The notes under the pieces were generated by a model. That model was not told where the DNA came from and ran no database searches. It was given only the letters and a program-made list of their open reading frames with translations. A program made the translations under genes and the position numbers. A stretch of 23,362 bases of DNA from Candidatus Micrarchaeaceae archaeon (lineage in GTDB: Archaea; Micrarchaeota; Micrarchaeia; Micrarchaeales; CABMGC01), in NCBI GenBank assembly GCA_038878295.1, contig JAVZVY010000013.1, positions 1 through 23,362 on the forward strand. Reading direction: 5' to 3'. Within the stretch, counting starts at the first letter, position 1. The number at the start of each line of letters is the position of its first letter. This document shows, one piece after another, positions 6,099-13,863 of this stretch.

Positions 6099-6935
6099 AT
6101 GCGCGTTTACATTGCTGCATATGCGCTTGCGCTCATGCTTTCGATGAGCTTGGCCAATGCGATGTACTTGCAGATAGTAGGTCCCGCTTCAGGCACTCTT
6201 CAGAACAATGGCAGCATACTTCTTGGCAACGTCGGCCCTGGAGAGAGTTTTTATGTGCTTGCTTCAGCTGCAACTACAAACGCTAGCGGCAAATACATAA
6301 ACATAGGCTGGGACACCTTAGAGGCGGTTAGGCTGCCTCAAGGATGGTCAGCCCAACCATCGCCCTTGTATGAGAACCCTATGAAGCTTAAGGTAACAGT
6401 ATCGCCAAACGCGACAATAGGGCCTTATGCCATACTTATCAGGGCCGTTAACATAAACAACTATTCGAAGCTTGGCAACCTTACTATAACAGCGTACATA
6501 AACGTAACTACAAACGTATTCAAGGTAAACGTCTCGCCGCAGGAGCTGTATGCGGGCGTTGGTCAACCGGTTAATCTTCTTGTAGCGATAAATAACACTG
6601 GCATATCTGACGATCCGTTCATCATATCGGCCCAGGGTCTTCCAGCGTTCGACAACCCCGCTGAGGTAATAGCGCTCCACGGCAAAACAAGCGAATTTGC
6701 ATATCCAGTATACATGGACGAGCCAGGTGTCTATAAATTCAAGCTTGTCGTAGAGTCTGCAAGCAGCCCAACATTGCGCAGCAGCTACGACGTGGCGCTT
6801 ACTGTTTCGTCAAGCCTTGCTAACGACTACGAAGCGATAAATCAGGGGGTTGTGCTCTCTCCGGTGATCTTGGAGCCTGGCTACGCGGTTATGCAGGCAT
6901 TGTATTGGCTTTACGGACTTATAAAGCATGGGTAG
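6099..6935 (+). CDS. Secreted/membrane-anchored beta-sandwich surface protein
   Basis: Signal peptide, two Ig-like segments (LPQGWSAQ...PGPYAILIRA and INNTGISDDPF...PGVYKFKL), many NxS/T sequons and a hydrophobic C-terminus. Confidence 0.7.
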   Translation: MRVYIAAYALALMLSMSLANAMYLQIVGPASGTLQNNGSILLGNVGPGESFYVLASAATTNASGKYINIGWDTLEAVRLPQGWSAQPSPLYENPMKLKVTVSPNATIGPYAILIRAVNINNYSKLGNLTITAYINVTTNVFKVNVSPQELYAGVGQPVNLLVAINNTGISDDPFIISAQGLPAFDNPAEVIALHGKTSEFAYPVYMDEPGVYKFKLVVESASSPTLRSSYDVALTVSSSLANDYEAINQGVVLSPVILEPGYAVMQALYWLYGLIKHG

Positions 6936-7611
6936 TAGCATGACCGAAAGAAAAGAGGGCAAGCCAGGCGTTTCGATATATTTCGTTGAGGCAAAATCGT
7001 TAACTGACATAGCAAGGCAGGCTTATGAATTCAGCGCCCCAAGCAAGATTTTTGCGACGTCTTTGAAACCGCGCAGGCTATTCGTGTTCGGCGAAAGAAT
7101 CGACGGCACTGTCATTGCGCCTTATGTAAAAATGGAGGCACGCAGCAGCACTATAAAGTACGTATTGAATTATCAGGACAAGGATGCTGCAGAATTTTCA
7201 GCTGTTGAAAGTATCAGAGCCAATGAACGTTACATAAATGTTATAGATATAGACATAAGCGGCGTGAGACTCAGCAGCATAAAGCCGAGCTGCGTAACAA
7301 AAATAAAGGTAGGAAACGCGGAAAGCATAATAAAAATGCTTTCGCTCAACAGCACAAACGAGGATTCGCAGATAGGCCACGTCTACGCTTTCGAACATAA
7401 TGGCAAAACAATACTCGGCGCTTTCGATATACTTGAAGAATTAACCGACGAGAAGAGGATTTTCTACTATGCAGAAATAGCAAAAATGGAGAAGAATTTC
7501 GCAACTTACGATTACGCCACAGACACAGTAAAGTTTGTCTACGGGATGGACGAAGGCTCGACGCTTTACGTCAAGATAATAAACCTTGCAGAGCCGTTTT
7601 CGTTCTTCTAG
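6928..7611 (+). CDS. Hypothetical protein with internal domain duplication
   Basis: 227-aa ORF overlapping the upstream gene. Its two ~100-aa halves share a motif pattern. The start may be ATG 6940. Confidence 0.65.
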   Translation: MGSSMTERKEGKPGVSIYFVEAKSLTDIARQAYEFSAPSKIFATSLKPRRLFVFGERIDGTVIAPYVKMEARSSTIKYVLNYQDKDAAEFSAVESIRANERYINVIDIDISGVRLSSIKPSCVTKIKVGNAESIIKMLSLNSTNEDSQIGHVYAFEHNGKTILGAFDILEELTDEKRIFYYAEIAKMEKNFATYDYATDTVKFVYGMDEGSTLYVKIINLAEPFSFF

Positions 7612-7632
7612 ATCGCGGCATTGTGCTGCAGG

Positions 7633-7647
7633 CAAAGTATTTATAAC
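7633..7647 (+). promoter_or_regulatory. BRE/TATA promoter of tRNA-Asn
   Basis: CAAAG-TA-TTTATAA about 28-35 nt upstream of the tRNA. Confidence 0.65.
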
Positions 7648-7674
7648 TAAAGGCAATATGGTTTTGCATTGGAA

Positions 7675-7746
7675 GCCCGAATAGCTCAGTGGTAGAGCGA
7701 CTGGCTGTTAACCAGTAGGTCGCAGGTCCGATCCCTGCTTCGGGCG
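7675..7746 (+). tRNA. tRNA-Asn (GTT)
   Basis: GCCCGAA/TTCGGGC acceptor, GCTC/GAGC D stem, ACTGG-CT GTT AA-CCAGT anticodon arm, GCAGG-TCCGATC-CCTGC T arm (C55), discriminator G. Confidence 0.96.
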
Positions 7747-7766
7747 CTTCGAAGGCAAATAGAGAT

Positions 7767-8629
7767 TCATATCGCTATCATGATGATTCCGGAAATAATC
7801 AGCGCTATACCAATCAACTGGTTTGGCTCTGGCTTCTCTTTCAGCACGAATATGCCCAGTATAACAGAAACAAGCACGGATGATGCAGCTATCGGGCTTA
7901 ATAGGGATACGTTGCCGTAGTCTGCTCCGAAGCCGTATGAAATCAGTGCGGCAGTGCCGAGCACAACCCAGAAGATTATTATTCTGCCGCTATGCAGAGG
8001 CAGCGCTATATCCCTGCGTTTTATAACGGAGAAAATTAGCAATATTGCGGCGCTTCCCGCAGTTGATATCAATATTGGATATAGCCAGCTCATACTCTTG
8101 GAAAGCACACCTATTCCAGAGTAGAAGAAGCCCCACATCAGCATCGTCAATATGCCGTAACCGACACCAGGGAGCAGCACGCCCCTGCTGATAGAGAATT
8201 GACGAAAGTCAACAGAAGCTATAGCTGTGCCTATTATTGCAAAGGCTATGCCAATATACTGTATGCTAGTTGGCGCCTCCGCAAGGAAAAGCACGCCGAT
8301 CACTATCAGTATTATTGAAAATGTTGAAGCAATAGGTATTACTATTGACATCCTTCCGGCTCTAAGCCCTTTTATGAAGAACACTAGACCAAGCACGCTG
8401 AATATAGATGTGAAGACAAGGATAACGGCTTCTTGGTTATCAATTGAGATGGGTCGTAAAATATTGCTGCGACTACTGCAAGAATCGCTGCACTAAGCGC
8501 AAAATACCATATGTTCAGCCTAATTGGATCTTCTCTCTTGCTTAGTATAGAGCCCAAAAAATCTGAAACACCATAGCCAAGCATGGCGGCGAGACCTGCC
8601 AAAATGCTTACTAATGGTGCGGTTTCCAT
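7767..8629 (-). pseudogene. EamA/DMT family transporter split by a 1-nt frameshift near 8458-8461
   Basis: The N-part (GLAAMLGYGVSDFL) and C-part (SIVIPIAST, LFLAE, GNVSLLSPIA, IFVLKEK) join into a ~287-aa protein if one T is added to the TTTT run (...AAIFLRPISIDNQEAVILV...). Confidence 0.8.
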
Positions 8630-8728
8630 TATAGCAACTATATCCTAACTGTTGGCTGAGCTCAAATCAAAGCTGCTTCGTAGATTAGGCTTAGAGGCAG
8701 GCATGCGCTTGCCACTTTGCGTGATTGA

Positions 8729-8869
8729 TCATTTTCCTCCTATCTTGAACATCTTTGTGCCACAGACTGGACATACACCTTCGTAAGCCTTTTTGCCGTT
8801 CTTCAGCGTCACTTCCTTTACGTCTTTCATTTCCCTCTTCTGCTTGCATTTCATACAATATGCTTCCAT
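8729..8869 (-). CDS. Small zinc-ribbon protein (DUF5679-like), 46 aa
   Basis: MEAYCMKCKQKREM...KNGK.A..GVCPVCGTKMFKI. SD GGTGA lies 4 nt before ATG 8869. Confidence 0.88.
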   Translation of the reverse strand: MEAYCMKCKQKREMKDVKEVTLKNGKKAYEGVCPVCGTKMFKIGGK

Positions 8870-8915
8870 ATTCTCACCAAACATCACTTTTGTAATCAAG
8901 GTTTTTAAATCAATA

Positions 8916-10226
8916 TCAAACGGTAAATTCGCTCTTGAGCATGGGCACAGTTGCATTGAATTTCTGTCTGAGTGCTTCCTTGAGCTCCTCAGACTTTCTC
9001 CTTTCACCGTGGACTATGAGTACGTTTCTCAGATCTTTTAATTGAGATATGAATTTCATGAGCTGCTGCCTGTCTGCATGCGCAGATAAATGATAGTATT
9101 CGACGCCCATTTCTATGCTGAGCTTCTTGTTCGCTATCGTTATGGTCCTTTTATTCTCTATGAGGTCCCTGCCGGCAGTGCCTTCGGCTTGGTAACCCAC
9201 AAGTATGATTTTGTTTGCAGGGTCCTTCCCCAACAGTTCTAAGTATCTTACTACTGGGCCGCCGGTAAGCATTCCGCTTGTGGTAACTATTATGGCTGCG
9301 CCACTGTCCTTTGCTATCCTGTAGCGTTGCTGCTTTGACTTTACTTCCTGGAAGTTCGGACTTTTGAATGGGTCATCTTCATTCATGAGTATCCTGTTCT
9401 GCAGCTCCTCCCTGCAGTATATAACATTGTGCCTGTGTATGCGCATGGCCTTGTTTATCATTCCGTCCATGTATATCGGTACCTTTTCAAGAAGCCCTGA
9501 GCGCATGTAATCGTCTAGCATGAAAAGGACCTCCTGGGCCCTGCCCACAGCGAAGCTAGGTATTACTATCTTTCCGCCCTGCTTTATTGTCTCGCTTATG
9601 CTCTTGAGCATCATGCCCGATATGGAGCGCTCGGTTGGGAAAATGTCGCTGTTGCCGCCGTATGTGCTTTCCGTGATGAGAGTATTAGCTTCGATGTGCT
9701 CCATGTTGGCAGCATCGAGAAGCCTAGTTTTTCTGAAGTTTATGTCACCGGTATAAAGCAGCTTTTCGAAGCCGTCATCGATATGCACGGCAGCGCTGCC
9801 GAGTATGTGGCCTGCTGGCACCAGCCTGAGCTTGAGACCCTTTATGGTGAAGTTCTTGTGGTACTCCACAAGCGAAAAGTGTTTCTGCATTCTCTTTATG
9901 CCTTCTGCGGTGAGGTTCTTAGGCTTTGAGATTTTTATGTAATCGTTTATAAGAACGTTGATGAGCTCGTATGTTGGTTTCGTCGAGTATACCTGGCCGT
10001 TCCAGCCGCTAGAGAAAATGTGCCCAAGATAGCCGCTGTGGTCAAGATGCGCGTGTGTTACAACGATTGCGTCAACGTCGTTAAGCTCGTCGTCCTCTAT
10101 TAAAGGGTATTCTTCTGTTGAACCGAGCTTAACTCCAGCATCGAGCAGGATTTTGGTTCCTTTGCTTTCTAGCATTATGCAACTGCGGCCCACTTCGCCC
10201 GCAGCCCCAAAAAAAGTCAGTTTCAA
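8916..10226 (-). CDS. MBL-fold beta-CASP ribonuclease (aCPSF family, no KH domains)
   Basis: Motifs GAAGEVGRSC, THAHLDHSG, AGHILGSA, YTGD, ESTYGG, PSFAVGRAQE, SAHAD and VHGE. TTG start. Confidence 0.93.
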   Translation of the reverse strand: MKLTFFGAAGEVGRSCIMLESKGTKILLDAGVKLGSTEEYPLIEDDELNDVDAIVVTHAHLDHSGYLGHIFSSGWNGQVYSTKPTYELINVLINDYIKISKPKNLTAEGIKRMQKHFSLVEYHKNFTIKGLKLRLVPAGHILGSAAVHIDDGFEKLLYTGDINFRKTRLLDAANMEHIEANTLITESTYGGNSDIFPTERSISGMMLKSISETIKQGGKIVIPSFAVGRAQEVLFMLDDYMRSGLLEKVPIYMDGMINKAMRIHRHNVIYCREELQNRILMNEDDPFKSPNFQEVKSKQQRYRIAKDSGAAIIVTTSGMLTGGPVVRYLELLGKDPANKIILVGYQAEGTAGRDLIENKRTITIANKKLSIEMGVEYYHLSAHADRQQLMKFISQLKDLRNVLIVHGERRKSEELKEALRQKFNATVPMLKSEFTV

Positions 10227-10246
10227 AAAATCATCCTAAAATTATA

Positions 10247-10900
10247 CTAATTGCTTGCACTAATATCAATATCATTGTTGCTCTGTTTGTTCTTCTCAGC
10301 ATTCTTGTCCTTTATTATCGCTATATCCGCTAAGCTTATCTCGGCTTTTTCGAAGTGCTGTTTCTCCTTCTTTTGCTTTTGCCTCTTGTAGCCGGTAAGG
10401 CTCCTAAGCTTGTCGTAAAGCTCGTCGAGTTCGTGATCCTTGTCGCCAAGCTTCTTCTCGAGCTCTTCTATTTTCTTGTTGAGTTCCTCTATGTCGCCGG
10501 CTATGAGCTCCGAGCGCCTCTTGAGCCTGAAGTTCTTTATGGATTTCTCAAGGCTTTCGTTTATGCCGTTTATGCGCCTTATCAGTTCCTTTTCGCGGTC
10601 CGGCGTTAGTGCCGCTTCCGTAGATATTGCGAACTCTAGCTTCTCCTTCATCCTGCGAAGCTTGCCGATATTTTCGGTCTTTCCAGCATTCATCGCCAGC
10701 AGCTTTGCGACGGCTTCTTGCTCGACCTTCTTGTAGCCTAGCCTGTGCCTCGTCTTCTTAAGCTCCGCAATAATCGCGGAACGTTCCTCCTTGGCCTTGT
10801 TTATCGCGCTTTTTATTTCCTCTATTTTTGAGGTCTGGCCGCCTGCTGCCGATTCCAAAGGAGCCTGCTTCTCTACTGCATCGCCACTTTCAGTGCTCAG
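10247..10900 (-). CDS. Archaeal coiled-coil protein (COG1340-like); start uncertain (CTG 10900 or TTG 10858)
   Basis: Heptad-rich sequence with LEFAISTEAALTPDREKELIRRI and a C-terminal EISLADIA motif. Confidence 0.7.
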   Translation of the reverse strand: MSTESGDAVEKQAPLESAAGGQTSKIEEIKSAINKAKEERSAIIAELKKTRHRLGYKKVEQEAVAKLLAMNAGKTENIGKLRRMKEKLEFAISTEAALTPDREKELIRRINGINESLEKSIKNFRLKRRSELIAGDIEELNKKIEELEKKLGDKDHELDELYDKLRSLTGYKRQKQKKEKQHFEKAEISLADIAIIKDKNAEKNKQSNNDIDISASN

Positions 10901-10908
10901 TGAATCGC

Positions 10909-12081
10909 CTATTCTTTGCTTGATAAGATTAGATTGTAAACATAAAGCAACTTGTCTGTTGTCTTTTCTATCGAAAATGAATTTGCTGTCTTTATAGCAT
11001 TCTTTTTATATGACCGCAAGTTATTTAAAACGCTATTAAGTTTTCTTGCGCACGAGTCGTAGTTGTCCGGCTCGAATTTCTCGCCATTTACGCCGTTTTT
11101 TATGATTTCCTTCAGCGCGAGCATGTTAGCGCCTACTACTGGCTTGCCCATCGCCATCGCTTCTATAGAGGATATGCTCTGCGTCTCGAATTTCGAAGCG
11201 GTGGCGAAAACGTCTGAGGCAGCATATACGCTCGGAAGCATGCGCTCGCTAACGAAATTGAGGAACTTAACGCTTTCAGAAAGGCCGAGCCTGTTCGCAA
11301 GGTGCTTGTAGGTCGCTGCTGCAGGGCCGGTGCCGCCTATTACGAGCACGATGTCGTCCCTCTTCTTTGAAAGCTTCCAAAAGGCTCTGATTATTACATC
11401 AACCCGTTTCTCATTGCTGAGTCTGCCTATGTAAAGTATCACTTTCTTGCCAGGTGGTATATTGAGGGTATCTCTGACCTTCGAGCCGTCAATTTTTGGA
11501 TTGAACCTTGATAGGTCTATGCCGTTTGGCACAACGAAAGTGTTTCTCACGTTTTGCTTTTCGAGAAAAGCCTTGATTGTGTTGCTCGGCACTATGGTTG
11601 CCTTGCATCTTCTGTAGAAGAATTTAGTGTATTTCCAGAGGTATTTGCTTGTGAACTTCCTCAGCGGCTTGCTTTTCGGATAGTAAGCTTCTATTACGTG
11701 CCTGTCCTTAACCATTGTGTGGAATGAGCCCACTATTGGCAAATCAAGCAATTTTGCTGAAATCAGCGCTGAAAAGCCCATCATAAACGGAGTCTGTGCA
11801 TGTATGATGTCGAAGTTCATAGATGCCATCTTTATTGTTGATCTGTATGGAAATATTGGCATTTTGTATTGCGGGTATGGCCTGAAGTTTATGCCTCTAA
11901 ACACGAATATCTTATCTTTTGGCGAGTACCTACCAGCATTGCTTGTGGTAAACAGATAAACTTCGTGACCACGTCTTTCGAGCTCCTTCCTGAAATTGAT
12001 TATCGAATTGACGACGCCATCCATCGCAGGCAGATAAGTATCTGAATAAAAAGCTATTTTCAAAGTTTCCATCGCAGTCAC
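10909..12081 (-). CDS. GT4 (GT-B) glycosyltransferase
   Basis: Motifs IAFYSDTYLPAMDGVV, IIHAQTPF, PNGIDL, YIGRLSNEK and FETQSISSIEAMAMGKPVV. The start could be ATG 12072. Confidence 0.93.
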   Translation of the reverse strand: MTAMETLKIAFYSDTYLPAMDGVVNSIINFRKELERRGHEVYLFTTSNAGRYSPKDKIFVFRGINFRPYPQYKMPIFPYRSTIKMASMNFDIIHAQTPFMMGFSALISAKLLDLPIVGSFHTMVKDRHVIEAYYPKSKPLRKFTSKYLWKYTKFFYRRCKATIVPSNTIKAFLEKQNVRNTFVVPNGIDLSRFNPKIDGSKVRDTLNIPPGKKVILYIGRLSNEKRVDVIIRAFWKLSKKRDDIVLVIGGTGPAAATYKHLANRLGLSESVKFLNFVSERMLPSVYAASDVFATASKFETQSISSIEAMAMGKPVVGANMLALKEIIKNGVNGEKFEPDNYDSCARKLNSVLNNLRSYKKNAIKTANSFSIEKTTDKLLYVYNLILSSKE

Positions 12082-12476
12082 AGCTGCACTGTTTCACCGC
12101 CAGCGTTTTTTATCTTTTCCGAAGCGCGCTTCGAGAATCCGCTAGCTTTTATTACAGCTGGCTTTTCAAGGGAACCGTCGCTTAGGACCTTGTAGCCTTT
12201 GAGCTCTATCACAGGCTTTGGCTCGCTCGACTCTTCGGCAAGCTTTGATATTCTTGAAAGGTCTATTTCTTTAAGCCTATATCTGTTCCAGCTGTAGAAG
12301 CCTTTTTTCCTAAGCCTTTCACGCTCATAAACAATAATTCTAGTGAACTTGTGCTTTCTCCCGGCTTTGCCTACGCCACCCCTTTCGCCAGAGCCGCGGT
12401 TGTTTTTTATGTTGCCAGCGCCCCAACTTCTCTTGCCAAGATATTTTCTGCTTCTCTTTTTTAGCCTTTGAACCAT
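12078..12476 (-). CDS. rpl15: 50S ribosomal protein uL15
   Basis: Motifs RKYLGKRSWGAG, RGSGERGGVGKAG and FSKRASEKIKNAGG. Confidence 0.96.
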   Translation of the reverse strand: MVQRLKKRSRKYLGKRSWGAGNIKNNRGSGERGGVGKAGRKHKFTRIIVYERERLRKKGFYSWNRYRLKEIDLSRISKLAEESSEPKPVIELKGYKVLSDGSLEKPAVIKASGFSKRASEKIKNAGGETVQL

Positions 12477-12480
12477 GCCA

Positions 12481-12912
12481 TCACAGCATTCTTTTTATCA
12501 GGTTGTTTATGCCAGCGCCGCTATATCCAAGGGAACCGCCATCGCTTACGCTCCTTTTTATGCTTTTGTAGCCGTGCTTCGGCGGCTTCATGCCTATCGG
12601 AAGATTCAAAACCTCGCTCGGAGGCACTTTGCCTGAAAGCAACGCATCGATTTTTTCCTCGTTCAATCCAAGGCCCTTTGCATCGTTCAGCATGTTAAGC
12701 GTTGCCTTGTCTATCTCACCATATGCGACGTAATCTGCGCATTTCCTTATCATGCCTATATTTTGGCTTTGACCAAATACAAGTACGAGGTTGTTGACCC
12801 TTTTTAGCCTGAGCCTGTTAAGAGTGTCGCTAATGCTGCGCCTGATGTTTGCACGCCCGCGAACTCTGATGACAGCCAGTAGCTTATTCTCTATGTCTTT
12901 CTTTGTCACCAT
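12481..12912 (-). CDS. rpl30: 50S ribosomal protein uL30 (archaeal long form)
   Basis: Motifs LAVIRVRG, TLNRLRLKRVN, GMIRKCADYVAYGE, PPKHG and INNLIKRML. Start at ATG 12912. Confidence 0.95.
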   Translation of the reverse strand: MVTKKDIENKLLAVIRVRGRANIRRSISDTLNRLRLKRVNNLVLVFGQSQNIGMIRKCADYVAYGEIDKATLNMLNDAKGLGLNEEKIDALLSGKVPPSEVLNLPIGMKPPKHGYKSIKRSVSDGGSLGYSGAGINNLIKRML

Positions 12913-12976
12913 AAAAACACGCGAAGGAACTTCAGAACTGACATAACTATTATTTACTAATAATATAAAAATGTTG

Positions 12977-13528
12977 CTAAGCGGGCTTGCTCTTCTGGGC
13001 CGAGACAAAATCCTTAAATGCCGCAAGGTATTTGGATATGTGCTCCTTTGTGTTTTCGTCAACAAGCTTGCCATCCTTTATTTTTTCGCCAGCAAAAGGT
13101 ATGAATATCTCAGGCTTTTTCATATCGTTCACGTTTAGGTAAAGGAATGATTGCCTAAGATGATACTGAGCGCGTGAACCGCCAAGCAGTCCTATCGATT
13201 CCGATATCACGCCAGCCGGCTTTCTCTCAAATACATTATCATCGTGAGGCCTTGATGCGGCGTCTATTGCGTTTTTCAGGTATCCTGGCACCGAATAGTT
13301 GTACTCCGGCATTACTATCAGTATGCCGTCGCTATTTCTTATCGCATTCTTGAAACGCACAACCGGCTCTGGCGGGTTCTGCTCTTGGTCCTGATTGAAT
13401 AGAGGTATGTCAGAAATGTCATAAAGTGAGATTTCGACACCTTCAGGCGAAAGCTCCTTGCATGCCTCAGCCAAGACCCTTGAGAATGAATCCTTCCTAA
13501 AGGAGAATCCAAACAGTAGTATTTTCAT
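12977..13528 (-). CDS. NAD(P)H-dependent FMN reductase (ChrR/SsuE-like flavodoxin fold)
   Basis: Motifs SFRKDSFS, IPLFNQDQE, PEYNYSVPGYLKNAID and GGSRAQYHLRQ. Start at ATG 13528. Confidence 0.92.
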   Translation of the reverse strand: MKILLFGFSFRKDSFSRVLAEACKELSPEGVEISLYDISDIPLFNQDQEQNPPEPVVRFKNAIRNSDGILIVMPEYNYSVPGYLKNAIDAASRPHDDNVFERKPAGVISESIGLLGGSRAQYHLRQSFLYLNVNDMKKPEIFIPFAGEKIKDGKLVDENTKEHISKYLAAFKDFVSAQKSKPA

Positions 13529-13551
13529 GAAATAAGCTTTGCACTCAAACA

Positions 13552-13566
13552 ATTATAAGCTTTACC
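13552..13566 (-). promoter_or_regulatory. BRE/TATA promoter of FMN reductase (probably leaderless)
   Basis: The minus strand reads GGTAAAG-C-TTATAAT about 25 nt upstream of ATG 13528. Confidence 0.6.
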
Positions 13567-13575
13567 TATTCAGAA

Positions 13576-13617
13576 TTTTACGACGATACATTTTTGCAAA
13601 AATATATCAAAGTAAAA
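13576..13617. promoter_or_regulatory. 42-bp imperfect inverted repeat (candidate operator) between divergent promoters
   Basis: TTTTACgacGATAcATTTTTG|CAAAAATaTATCaaaGTAAAA: 17 of 21 positions pair, with a perfect 14-bp core at 13590..13603. Confidence 0.6.
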
Positions 13618-13631
13618 GCGTTTTGCGTAAC

Positions 13632-13639
13632 TTTTTAAA
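13632..13639 (+). promoter_or_regulatory. TATA box of the small membrane protein / surface protein unit
   Basis: TTTTTAAA 24-31 nt upstream of ATG 13663. Confidence 0.55.
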
Positions 13640-13662
13640 ATCTGTGAAATCAAAACGCAATC

Positions 13663-13824
13663 ATGGCTTCAAAAAAGATTGGCGTGGCTTTAGGCATAAT
13701 AATACTGCTGGCTGACTTGTACTGGATAGCGACTAGTTATTCTGTGGCGCTCTGGCTTGCGCTCGGCATAATAATTCTGGTTGCCGACGTGATATGGATT
13801 GCGCTAGACGCCAAAGGCAGTTAA
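13663..13824 (+). CDS. 53-aa two-TM membrane protein with internal duplication (absent from ORF track)
   Basis: MASKKIGVALGIIILLADLYWIATSYSVALWLALGIIILVADVIWIALDAKGS. A TATA box sits at leaderless distance and the ORF fills the intergenic gap. Confidence 0.8.
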   Translation: MASKKIGVALGIIILLADLYWIATSYSVALWLALGIIILVADVIWIALDAKGS

Positions 13825-13863
13825 CCGTCAAGCGTATGCTTAGTTGAATATAGGGGGACTACA

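Noticed and set aside
8673..8680. CTGCTTCG repeats the tRNA-Asn 3' region (7735..7742) on the far side of the EamA gene, like an attR
   Set aside because: Only 8 bp, with no integrase or other island genes; compatible with chance.
8696..8713. Hairpin downstream of the zinc-ribbon gene as a terminator
   Set aside because: It has an A-C mismatch on the transcribed strand and no following U-tract.
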